Positions 8,944 to 17,346 of a DNA stretch of 20,270 nucleotides are shown in pieces. Each line of letters starts with the position of its first letter. The stretch's first letter is position 1. Position numbers and translations under genes: made by a program. The notes under the pieces were generated by a model. It was not told where the DNA came from, made no database searches, and worked only from the letters and a program-made list of their open reading frames with translations. Origin of the DNA: an uncultured Rhodopirellula sp. Lineage in GTDB: Bacteria; Planctomycetota; Planctomycetia; Pirellulales; Pirellulaceae. The stretch is taken from NCBI GenBank assembly GCA_964007735.1, contig CAXGAI010000001.1:191798-212067 (forward strand), read 5' to 3'.

Positions 8944-9900
8944 CTACCAACTAGTACCTAATTGTTGACGTTGTTCCAGCTTGTAAGCTTCGGTACGAAT
9001 CTTTAATTCAGCTTCCCAGCCCTCGGTCAGGATACGGGTGTCAATATAATTCATAAATCGAACAACGGATGTATAACAAACTGCTAACCAGCACGAGATT
9101 GGAAACAGCCAGCGCGCCGTAAATACTGAGCTTTCGATCGTGCCGGATTCGGTGAATAGTGAAATGGAGAAAAAAGCGATTGCTCCGTAAAGACACAAGG
9201 AGAATATCGCGCCGACCAGCATTCCAAACATACTGCGTCCCATAACATTTCCGCCAGTAGCAGTATGCAGCATCTTACTACGCTGATGTAGTGTCATGCC
9301 CTTGCTGCTATCCCGCCCGGGACGTTCGAGCAGAATAATTTCCAAAGTATATGGCCTGTTCCCTCGAACGAAAAGCAACGCGATAAATATTAGTGTGTAA
9401 AACGTTAAAATAGTTCCGCGTCCGGCATATCCTGTGCCTATTAGCAAAGCGAGTAGACCCATCTGGATGATGATGCAACGGCGGAAGCCAAAGGCTGTAA
9501 CAATATTCCAAAAACAGGATCGAGCATCTTTGATAAGACCTTTGATCGTTGGTTTTTCATTAAAAATTAGCTTGCTCAACATTAATGTCGATAAGATGGA
9601 AGCAATTGGAGCCTGGGTGGTGATCAACACAATTTGTAGATAGAGGTAAGTCTTGAAGCTAAGGTCCGAGGTGGTGAACTCCCGCTCGACAATCGACCCG
9701 CTACGGTATTCCAGGGGATTGAATTGTAGCGTCAGCACATGGCTTAATAGCAAATCGTTGATCAACAGTAATGGAATTGCAACGACTAAGAATGCAAGCA
9801 AGATTGGTATTGGAAAGCGCCGGATGATATGCAGGGAGATGTCTAATAATTCGCTCTCCGTGCGGCTTCTAATTTGGATATGTGTTTTATCGAATTTCAT
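8944..9900 (-). CDS. Conserved multi-pass membrane protein of the RDD-SpoIIM-MoxR cluster
   Basis: RSRTESELLDISL N-terminal motif, about 6 hydrophobic segments, C-terminal YIDTRILTEGWE. Start placed at ATG 9900 rather than 9924 because AAGGAG lies 6 nt upstream. Confidence 0.78.
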   Translation of the reverse strand: MKFDKTHIQIRSRTESELLDISLHIIRRFPIPILLAFLVVAIPLLLINDLLLSHVLTLQFNPLEYRSGSIVEREFTTSDLSFKTYLYLQIVLITTQAPIASILSTLMLSKLIFNEKPTIKGLIKDARSCFWNIVTAFGFRRCIIIQMGLLALLIGTGYAGRGTILTFYTLIFIALLFVRGNRPYTLEIILLERPGRDSSKGMTLHQRSKMLHTATGGNVMGRSMFGMLVGAIFSLCLYGAIAFFSISLFTESGTIESSVFTARWLFPISCWLAVCYTSVVRFMNYIDTRILTEGWEAELKIRTEAYKLEQRQQLGTSW

Positions 9901-10879
9901 GGCGTTCTCCTTTGAAGAGACCAAAACCGATCAGATAAACCAAAATAAAAACGGTTGAAGTGAGACAAATCGTCAGTTTGAAATTGTAGTGAAGACCGGA
10001 AGGGGAAATGAATCCCTCAATCAGGGCTGCGAGAAAAAAGAAAACAATGGAGACCCCCATGACTGGCATCGACTCCATTCCGGACTTTCTTAATGAAGCG
10101 CTACGTGATAATCCATTCGTTTTGACCCACGATATTCCCAGTCGAAGTCCTGCTGCTGCTGCTAATACGATGGCTGTTAATTCAAAGGGACCGTGTGCGG
10201 TTACAAATTCAACAAAGTTGTCGGTCATCGGCACATCCTCACGAACCATATAGCCGAAGATTGCTCCCAGAAATGCAGAATTGAATAGCGTTACAAGCAG
10301 ACCCGGAATAATCAGAATGCCTGTTACGAAACAGCTTAATCCAATTCCGGTATTGTGATTGGCATAAAACCCAGCGGCCATTCCTCCCGCTCCAATTCCA
10401 CGTCCTTCTTCGGCGACGGAAGTGGCATACATTTCTTCAAGAGACCAAAGTTGCTCCTGGGTGATAATATCTACGTGGTATTCCGGGAAAATTTCGGTTT
10501 CGTAAGCGAGATAGGCTGACAATAAGAAGGTGCCATAAAAAAAGATGAACATGAATTGCACACAGCCATCCCGCAGAATTCGTCTAGGAACGTCAAACAC
10601 CAAGACGTGAAACCATGCATTGAACTGGAAACGCCGTGAGCGGTATAAACGGCTATGAGCACGACCTACCAGTCGATGCAAGTATTCGACTGTCTCCGGA
10701 GGCAGATTGTAGGAGTCCGCTAAGGCCAAATCAGCACAGGCACTACGGTAAAGTGATGCAAAAGTGGATAGTTGCTCTGCCGAAATCGACGAGGTTCGGC
10801 GTTTACCAACGGTATCACATAGTAATTCGAGTTCCTGCCATTGCTGCTGGCGTTGTAAAAGTAAGTCAGCTACTTTCAT
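9887..10879 (-). CDS. Stage II sporulation protein M family (SpoIIM/DUF95) membrane protein
   Basis: WQELE...LYRSACADLALA...YLHRLVGRAH N-domain; NHNTGIG, AHGPFELTAIVLAAAAGLRLG, AALIEGFISP. ATGA overlap with the RDD gene. Confidence 0.9.
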   Translation of the reverse strand: MKVADLLLQRQQQWQELELLCDTVGKRRTSSISAEQLSTFASLYRSACADLALADSYNLPPETVEYLHRLVGRAHSRLYRSRRFQFNAWFHVLVFDVPRRILRDGCVQFMFIFFYGTFLLSAYLAYETEIFPEYHVDIITQEQLWSLEEMYATSVAEEGRGIGAGGMAAGFYANHNTGIGLSCFVTGILIIPGLLVTLFNSAFLGAIFGYMVREDVPMTDNFVEFVTAHGPFELTAIVLAAAAGLRLGISWVKTNGLSRSASLRKSGMESMPVMGVSIVFFFLAALIEGFISPSGLHYNFKLTICLTSTVFILVYLIGFGLFKGERHEIR

Positions 10880-11871
10880 CGCAAAAGCCCTCCACTGGGA
10901 GGTCGACCGGAAGGTCGGCTAGGTTGAGATACTTGCGAACTGGGCGATTGTAGTTGAACCGGTGGCTGCCCAAACCCAGATGCTTGCTGTGGGGCCGCTT
11001 GATATTGAATGGTTGCAGTTGGCGATAGCTGTGCTAGCTCTTGTTGAGCGTCTGATACAAAGGCTCGGTAATACAATGCCTGCAGTAGTATGTCAGGATC
11101 AAGGTTGGGAGATAAGCCGAGTTCTCGGGAAAGTGGTTCTGTTAGATGCGTAGCGATTTCACGTCGCCGGGCCTCAGAAAGTCGCGGTCGCTGGTCGACG
11201 AAATGAGCGAGCGCTTGAGACATCTCCTGATCGGCCCGGAAGGTCGCCGGGACCATGGCAGCGATTTGTAAAACTTGTGGGGAGCGAACATCGATTAGTC
11301 CAAACGTAGCTTTTCGCTGATCGACAATTACCATTGTCCCGGCGACTAGGTCACCGATACGTTGATATCGTTTGTTCATGCTCATCACAATCAAACCCAT
11401 TACAAAAGTCGGAATGATCGGAGATACATAGACGGCACTGTCACCAAATTCGATACCAAACATAGCGGGTGTCACTAGAGGGTATGTGTCTGCGGTGCGG
11501 ATCAGATTACGCATCACAGCCTGCATCGCGTTAATAGGTTTTCCATCCACCGTAACAGCCCGAATCCCCATCAAACGTTTTCCGGGAGTCTGTCCATTCA
11601 TGTAGGTTTCGAAAACTGCGCCGTAGAACCAATTAAGTATGAAATTAGACAACAGGAAGAAGCCAATTCCCACATCTCCAATGGCCGATTGAAGAGTAAC
11701 CGTGAGGACTAACAGGATGATAATGATACCAATACGAATGAGAAAATCGATAACAAAGGCAGTGGCACGTTGGAATGGGCCTGCGACACTATAGCGAAAT
11801 GTAATATTCTCCGGTGTCACAATAGAGATCGTGCCGTCGATCGGATCAATGGAGTTATCACGGTTAGTCAT
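10876..11871 (-). CDS. RDD family membrane protein
   Basis: TPENI..AGPFQRATAFVID, NGQTPGKRLMGIR, RNLIRTAD, QRIGDLVAGTMV; extra C-terminal soluble domain and Pro/Ser/Gln-rich tail. Confidence 0.92.
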   Translation of the reverse strand: MTNRDNSIDPIDGTISIVTPENITFRYSVAGPFQRATAFVIDFLIRIGIIIILLVLTVTLQSAIGDVGIGFFLLSNFILNWFYGAVFETYMNGQTPGKRLMGIRAVTVDGKPINAMQAVMRNLIRTADTYPLVTPAMFGIEFGDSAVYVSPIIPTFVMGLIVMSMNKRYQRIGDLVAGTMVIVDQRKATFGLIDVRSPQVLQIAAMVPATFRADQEMSQALAHFVDQRPRLSEARRREIATHLTEPLSRELGLSPNLDPDILLQALYYRAFVSDAQQELAQLSPTATIQYQAAPQQASGFGQPPVQLQSPSSQVSQPSRPSGRPPSGGLLR

Positions 11872-12165
11872 AGCTGCTTTGCAAGATGAAATTTCAGATG
11901 AATCGCTCTTGCTCTTTCCCTTCCTTTGGGTGGAACAGTTCTAATTATCTTTAATGCGACTAAGATGTGCAATTATTGGAAACGCTACAAAACGGATTAG
12001 TTTTTTTAATTAGGTATCGAGTTTTCGTTACTCGAAGTACTGCAATTTCCATCCCCTGTCTTGAAAACCAGTCCCAGGGGGATTAAACAAGGACTATTGT
12101 TTTAATGATTAGAGCGGGTAAGCAAATACATTTATCATAGTTTTTACTAGAAAAAGCGAGTTGAT

Positions 12166-12897
12166 ATGAGACTTGAAGGAAAGACGGCCGTGATTACAGG
12201 CGGTGGTACAGGAATCGGGCAAGGTATTGCACAGGCCTATGCAGGTGAAGGATGTAAGGTAGTGATTGCCGGACGTCGTGAAGAACCTTTGAAAATCGCG
12301 GCTGAGGCTTGGAATGGCGCCGGCGAAATGCTTTATCAGACGATGGATGTTGCCTGTCGTGATAGTGTCAAAGGTTTCTTTGACTGGGTTGCTGAAAATG
12401 TCGGGCAGATTGACATTCTGGTCAATTCAGCTGGAACCAATATTCCTAACCGAACGATAGCAGCGATGGAGCCGGAGCAGTGGGATCAGGTGATGGCGAT
12501 CAATGCCAGCGGCGCTTACTACACAATGTACGAGGCACTACCCCAGATGCGTGAACGTGGTGATGGCATCGTCATCAATATTTCATCCATCTCAGGCATC
12601 CGTTCCACCGCTCTTGGTGGCGTCGCATATTCGGCCTCTAAGTTTGCGATGGCTGCTTTGGGAATTGCAAGCTCCAATGAAGCCAATGTCGACGGTGTAC
12701 GAGTTACCAATATCTATCCTGGTGAAGTAGAAACACCGATATTGGAAAAACGACCAAACCCTGTAACCGAAGAACATCGCGCTCGCATGTTGCAGCCGGA
12801 GGATTTAGGGCATTTGGCACTCTCGATTGCTACCTTGCCTCCACGAGCTCACATCCCTGAAGTCACGATTAAACCTCTCAGTCAGGAATTCATGTAA
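12166..12897 (+). CDS. Classical short-chain dehydrogenase/reductase (SDR), probably NADP(H)-preferring; substrate unknown
   Basis: TGGGTGIG, AGRR (basic residue after beta-2), VNSAG, NISS, YSASK catalytic motif, IYPGEVET. Confidence 0.92.
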   Translation: MRLEGKTAVITGGGTGIGQGIAQAYAGEGCKVVIAGRREEPLKIAAEAWNGAGEMLYQTMDVACRDSVKGFFDWVAENVGQIDILVNSAGTNIPNRTIAAMEPEQWDQVMAINASGAYYTMYEALPQMRERGDGIVINISSISGIRSTALGGVAYSASKFAMAALGIASSNEANVDGVRVTNIYPGEVETPILEKRPNPVTEEHRARMLQPEDLGHLALSIATLPPRAHIPEVTIKPLSQEFM

Positions 12898-12919
12898 ATT
12901 AGGAATCCAGACTGGCTAT

Positions 12920-12955
12920 AAAAAAAGCCCGGGAGCTGGTGCTCTCGGGCTTTTT
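12920..12955. terminator. Bidirectional rho-independent terminator
   Basis: A7-GCCCGGGAGC-TGGT-GCTCTCGGGC-T5: 10-bp stem with one G-U pair and T tracts on both strands, between the convergent SDR and korB genes. Confidence 0.9.
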
Positions 12956-12972
12956 ATATTCGGAGTATATGT

Positions 12973-13989
12973 TTACTCAACTTCCCAAGTGTTACCGGAG
13001 TTAAATAAATCATTTAGTACGGCATTCGGAGCAGCTTCCTGAGCTGCGGCCACCTGGGCATTGAGTTGGTCGTCATAAACCGGAGCATCAATTTGGCGAA
13101 ATACGCCAATAGCTTCAGGGAACTCAGGCTGGTGCATCCGTGACAATAAGTAGGCCATCGTCGGTTCCGGAGCTTCAGCGTCATGGAACAACAGATCGTC
13201 TTCAGCGATACCGCTGCCAAGTTCAACCACCTCCGGATTTAGACCGTTGAGTCGAATCCCTTTATTGCTGTCGGCACCGAAGATCAGAGGCTTGCCATGT
13301 TCGAGCTCGACCACGTTGTCCTGTTTGGTTGCACGGTCGGTTGCGTACTTCCAGGCACCATCATTGAAAATATTACAGTTCTGATAAACTTCCACAAAGG
13401 AAGCGCCGTTATGTTCAGCTGCCTTTTGAAGTGTGGCCGCCAAATGTTTCACATTTGTATCGATGGTACGAGCGATAAAGGTTGCTCCACATCCAACAGC
13501 CACGGATAGCGGAGTTAGTGGGTTGTCGACCGATCCCATGGGAGTACTCTTGGTGACCTTTCCAATTTCGGAAGTCGGTGAATACTGGCCTTTTGTCAAT
13601 CCGTAGATTCGGTTGTTGAATAATATAATATTAATATTGACGTTACGGCGAATCGCGTGCATTAGGTGATTACCACCGATACTCAATGCATCACCGTCAC
13701 CTGTGATAACCCAGACCTGAAGGTCTGGTCGAGCAGATTTTAGACCGGTGGCGAATGCCGGCGCACGTCCGTGGATGGAGTGCATGCCATAGGTTGCCAT
13801 GTAGTAAGGAAAGCGGCTGGAGCAGCCGATGCCAGAGATGAAAGCGGTTTTCTCGCGAGGGAACCCCTGCGCGGCTAGCGCCTTTTTCATCTGTGCCAGA
13901 ATGGAGTAGTCTCCACAGCCCGGACACCAACGGACATCCTGATCACTGCCAAAATCAGCAGGTTTTAGTACTGGTAGTTCTGTGCTCAT
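12973..13989 (-). CDS. korB: 2-oxoacid:ferredoxin oxidoreductase beta subunit (TPP-binding)
   Basis: WCPGCGD, SGIGCSSR, HGRA, TPP motif GDGDALSIGGNH...NN, YGLTKGQYSPT, QNCNIFN. Confidence 0.93.
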   Translation of the reverse strand: MSTELPVLKPADFGSDQDVRWCPGCGDYSILAQMKKALAAQGFPREKTAFISGIGCSSRFPYYMATYGMHSIHGRAPAFATGLKSARPDLQVWVITGDGDALSIGGNHLMHAIRRNVNINIILFNNRIYGLTKGQYSPTSEIGKVTKSTPMGSVDNPLTPLSVAVGCGATFIARTIDTNVKHLAATLQKAAEHNGASFVEVYQNCNIFNDGAWKYATDRATKQDNVVELEHGKPLIFGADSNKGIRLNGLNPEVVELGSGIAEDDLLFHDAEAPEPTMAYLLSRMHQPEFPEAIGVFRQIDAPVYDDQLNAQVAAAQEAAPNAVLNDLFNSGNTWEVE

Positions 13990-14031
13990 TGAGATAAACC
14001 TGATATTTGATGAAAGGCTGGTCGGTTTGAC

Positions 14032-15870
14032 TTAGCCGACCATTTCTTTAAATTGTGCTAATAATTCTGAGACGGTAAATGGTCGCCCCTTCACTTTATG
14101 AATTCCCGCCGCGTCAACGCCGTATGTTGATTTAATGATCTTTTGTAGCTGCCCAAGGTTTAATTCAGGTATAACAACCTTCTTAAAGTTACCCAGCAGG
14201 GCCTCCAAATTTCGCGGAAACGGGTTGATAAAACGGAGGTGAGCATGTGAGACACTCAATCCTTCAGCCTGACACTGTGTTACAGCTGTTGTACAGGCAC
14301 CATAAGTACCGCCCCAACTCAAGACAAGCAGGTCACCCGACTGTTCGCCATCCACTTCTAATTCCGGAATAAAATCTGCGATCTTGTCGATCTTCTCCTG
14401 ACGCATCTTACACATGAATTCGTGGTTGTCAGGATCGTAACTAACGTTTCCGGTTTCGTGTTCTTTTTCAAGTCCACCAATGCGGTGCTCCAGTCCCTTG
14501 GTACCAGGCAGGGCCCACGGGCGCGATAAATTGTCATCACGTTTGTATGGGAGAAATGGTGGTTCATCCTCGCTTCGTTCACCTGGGTGTTCGATCACGA
14601 TTTTTTCTAACGCATCGTAGTCGGGGATGCGCCATGGTTCGGCCCCGTTGGCGATGTATCCGTCCGAAAGGATAATCACAGGGCACATAAACTTGGCAGC
14701 CACTCGCCATGCATCGATAGCTGTTTCGAAACAATCGGCCGGGCTTCGTGAGGCGATGACAGGCAATGGTGATTCACCATTTCGGCCATACATACACTGC
14801 AATAAGTCAGATTGTTCGGTTTTCGTTGGTAGGCCAGTACTAGGACCACCACGCTGAATATTAATAATCAACATAGGTAGCTCAAGAATCATACCGAGAC
14901 CCATAGCTTCACCCTTCAGAGCAATGCCAGGTCCGCTCGAGGTAGTGATTGCCATATGTCCGCCAAAGGCCGCACCAATGGTTGCACAAACTGCTGCAAT
15001 TTCATCTTCAGCCTGAAACGTTCGTACGCCGAATTTTTTATGTTTAGAAAGTTCGTGCAGAATGTCAGAAGCGGGTGTGATTGGATAAGACCCAAGGAAA
15101 AGGTCTTTATCGCTGAGTTTAGCGGCCGTGATACACCCCCAGGCTAGCGCCTGATTTCCCATGATGTTTTTGTAAGTACCGGATTTGAGCTTTGCTTTTT
15201 CGACCTGGTAAGTACTGATAGCTGCTTCGGTAGTTTCACCATAGTTATAGCCAGCTTTCAATGCTTTTTCGTTAGCTCCAGCGATTTCAGGCTTGCTACC
15301 GAATTTAGCATTGATAAAGTCCAGTGTTGGCTGCAGGTCACGATTATATAACCAGTACACAAAACCCATTGCGAAGAAATTTTTACAGCGGTCGGCAAAT
15401 TTATTGCTCAGTTCTAATTCTTCGACAGCAGTACGAGTTAGTAGAGTCATCTTGATTTTGATGACGCGGTACTGATCCATGTCCGGGTCATCGAGTGGGT
15501 TTGATTCGAGCTTTGCCAGACGGAACTCTTTGTCCACAAAGTTATCTTCGTTAACGATCAGCAGACCACCGCTCCGCAGGTCACTAATATTGGTAACTAA
15601 GGCCGCTGGGTTCATGACGACAAGTGTGTCGAGTTGGTCACCGGGAGTGAAGATATCTTCCGAGGCGAATTGAACCTGAAAACCAGATACGCCGGCCCTC
15701 GTTCCACGAGGTGCACGGATTTCAGCTGGGAAGTCAGGAAATGTAGCGACGTCGTTTCCAGCCAAAGCAGAAGTGTTGGTCAACTGAGTTCCGGTGAGTT
15801 GCATACCGTCACCAGAGTCACCGGCAAACCGGATCGTTGCTCGGGAAATATTTTCTACTGTAGATGCCAT
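14032..15870 (-). CDS. korA: 2-oxoacid:ferredoxin oxidoreductase alpha subunit (gamma-alpha fusion)
   Basis: RFAGDSGDGMQLTG, FPAEIRAP, YPITPAS, QAEDEIAA, TSSGPG, QRGGPSTGLPTKTEQSD, ELNLGQL; 612 aa. 2-oxoglutarate specificity is inferred, not shown. Confidence 0.93.
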   Translation of the reverse strand: MASTVENISRATIRFAGDSGDGMQLTGTQLTNTSALAGNDVATFPDFPAEIRAPRGTRAGVSGFQVQFASEDIFTPGDQLDTLVVMNPAALVTNISDLRSGGLLIVNEDNFVDKEFRLAKLESNPLDDPDMDQYRVIKIKMTLLTRTAVEELELSNKFADRCKNFFAMGFVYWLYNRDLQPTLDFINAKFGSKPEIAGANEKALKAGYNYGETTEAAISTYQVEKAKLKSGTYKNIMGNQALAWGCITAAKLSDKDLFLGSYPITPASDILHELSKHKKFGVRTFQAEDEIAAVCATIGAAFGGHMAITTSSGPGIALKGEAMGLGMILELPMLIINIQRGGPSTGLPTKTEQSDLLQCMYGRNGESPLPVIASRSPADCFETAIDAWRVAAKFMCPVIILSDGYIANGAEPWRIPDYDALEKIVIEHPGERSEDEPPFLPYKRDDNLSRPWALPGTKGLEHRIGGLEKEHETGNVSYDPDNHEFMCKMRQEKIDKIADFIPELEVDGEQSGDLLVLSWGGTYGACTTAVTQCQAEGLSVSHAHLRFINPFPRNLEALLGNFKKVVIPELNLGQLQKIIKSTYGVDAAGIHKVKGRPFTVSELLAQFKEMVG

Positions 15871-16304
15871 TGGATAATTATTAAAAGAGCTAAATAAAAG
15901 AGATTAATGAAAGGTGTTGGGAATGTCAGATACAGGCCATCCAAATATTTGAAATAGGAGTGCATGAAGCTGCAATTCAGCGACAGCATACTGGCTTAAG
16001 ATTGATTCCCGCCCCGATTTCTATAACCGCGTCTAATGTTTCGTCCTGTGAAAAAATGGAGCACCAATTTTTCACCCTACCTCTTATTAATGGTGTATTT
16101 AAGACACCATCTAGGCGCCTAAAGTTTACATCATATTAATTAAAAGTTACCACCCCAAGGTATTTGATAACACTACCGACAAGCAAGAAATAATGAGTTT
16201 TTGCCAGAATGATATGGCTTATCTCAAACTCGTTATTTGAGTGTGATTATGAATATAGAATTAGTAGGGCTAATGCAGTGTTCGAGAGCAGTTGAAAACC
16301 GATG

Positions 16305-17117
16305 TTAGTTGGGTTTTTTATAGAATTTGGCCAGGTCGACGGAATCCCGGGCATCATCTTCGACTAACTTCATACGTTGGGTGAGCTGATCAAGTTTTCT
16401 TTCCAGAAGTAGCAAGCGATTGGCAGAGTCTTTCTCGGCCCTTGGTCGGGGAACCTTTGGGTAAGCAAGCTGTCGTTGCAATGCGGCAAACAGGAACATC
16501 GGCTCTTTTTGCCGATTAGCAAGAGCGATCCGCCCCTCTTGTTCCCCAAACAATATCGCTTGTTCAGGCTCCGGATCGGCAGTTTGTTTGTTAGCCAGAT
16601 GCCAGCTTCGTACATAGATCAGGTCTGCCAGATCGACGATACCAATTTGCCGGCGGACTATCAGTATCCATTCTTTCCAATCCTGATTATAGATTGGATC
16701 TTCGCTGATCGCCTTCAACCCAGCGTCATACTTCAGACGATTGTGGCAGAGACATTCGAGCTGGAACATAAACAGGCCGGTACGCGTTGGCGACTCAGCT
16801 CGATACTCAGCTTCGCTTTTGAGGACCTGAACCGCAGTACGTAAATCAAACTTACCATCATCACTTTCCGCTTCCGCCATTAGATAGGTCTGGAAAGGTG
16901 TGAAGTAATGCTCGAGTTGTTGCATTGCCGGGTGGAGCGTTCCGCTGTGGCAAAGCTCAGTCAGCATGTAATCAAGAGCCAGAGGTAATTTGGTGGTCGC
17001 TAAAACTTCGTCACGAACCTGCTGAATAACATCTTGAAGCGGAATCTGCTGAGGCAGGCGTTCACCTACGATTTGAAAGAAGTAGGCCTGTTCGATGTAT
17101 TCTTCGCGTTTGAGCAT
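16305..17117 (-). CDS. Conserved hypothetical protein (soluble; N-terminus resembles T2SS GspF/PilC cytoplasmic domain; C-terminal coiled coil)
   Basis: 270-aa ORF with ATG start and protein-like composition, filling the gap between AT-rich intergenic regions; no TM segment. Fold resemblance is by eye only. Confidence 0.8.
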   Translation of the reverse strand: MLKREEYIEQAYFFQIVGERLPQQIPLQDVIQQVRDEVLATTKLPLALDYMLTELCHSGTLHPAMQQLEHYFTPFQTYLMAEAESDDGKFDLRTAVQVLKSEAEYRAESPTRTGLFMFQLECLCHNRLKYDAGLKAISEDPIYNQDWKEWILIVRRQIGIVDLADLIYVRSWHLANKQTADPEPEQAILFGEQEGRIALANRQKEPMFLFAALQRQLAYPKVPRPRAEKDSANRLLLLERKLDQLTQRMKLVEDDARDSVDLAKFYKKPN

Positions 17118-17346
17118 TTTGAATCAGCAGACGATTAGAAACAATAGGCATTTTTCATGTATTTGGAATAACCGGAAGTCCACCCTGCAATCACCAATTG
17201 CCTCCACTTATTCTACATGTTAACCCCTAATCAAATAGATACCTGAGGCTTATAATTTCTGTATAGAGTCAGGCCTTAATCAGCTCTATGGTTAGTCCTG
17301 TTAGCGTTTACCCAAGTGAATAAACCAATAAAGGTAAATTCAAAGA

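Noticed and set aside
9887..10879. SpoIIM as evidence of sporulation
   Set aside because: The SpoIIM/DUF95 family is widespread in non-sporulating bacteria, and no other spo genes are present.
11872..12165. Short inverted repeats in the RDD/SDR divergent intergenic region (TGAAATTTCA, TCGAGT-n7-ACTCGA, CCCCTG...CAGGGG)
   Set aside because: Arms of 5-6 bp in AT-rich DNA are expected by chance; no specific operator or promoter can be supported.
12973..15870. korAB as evidence of reverse TCA cycle or anaerobic lifestyle
   Set aside because: Two-subunit OFORs are common in aerobic heterotrophs; no citrate lyase, ferredoxin or other rTCA genes are in the window.
17118..17346. Possible FMN riboswitch upstream of ribBA
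   Set aside because: No AGGGCGGGGTG(A/C)AATTCCC-like or other RFN consensus segments; looks like an ordinary AT-rich divergent promoter region.
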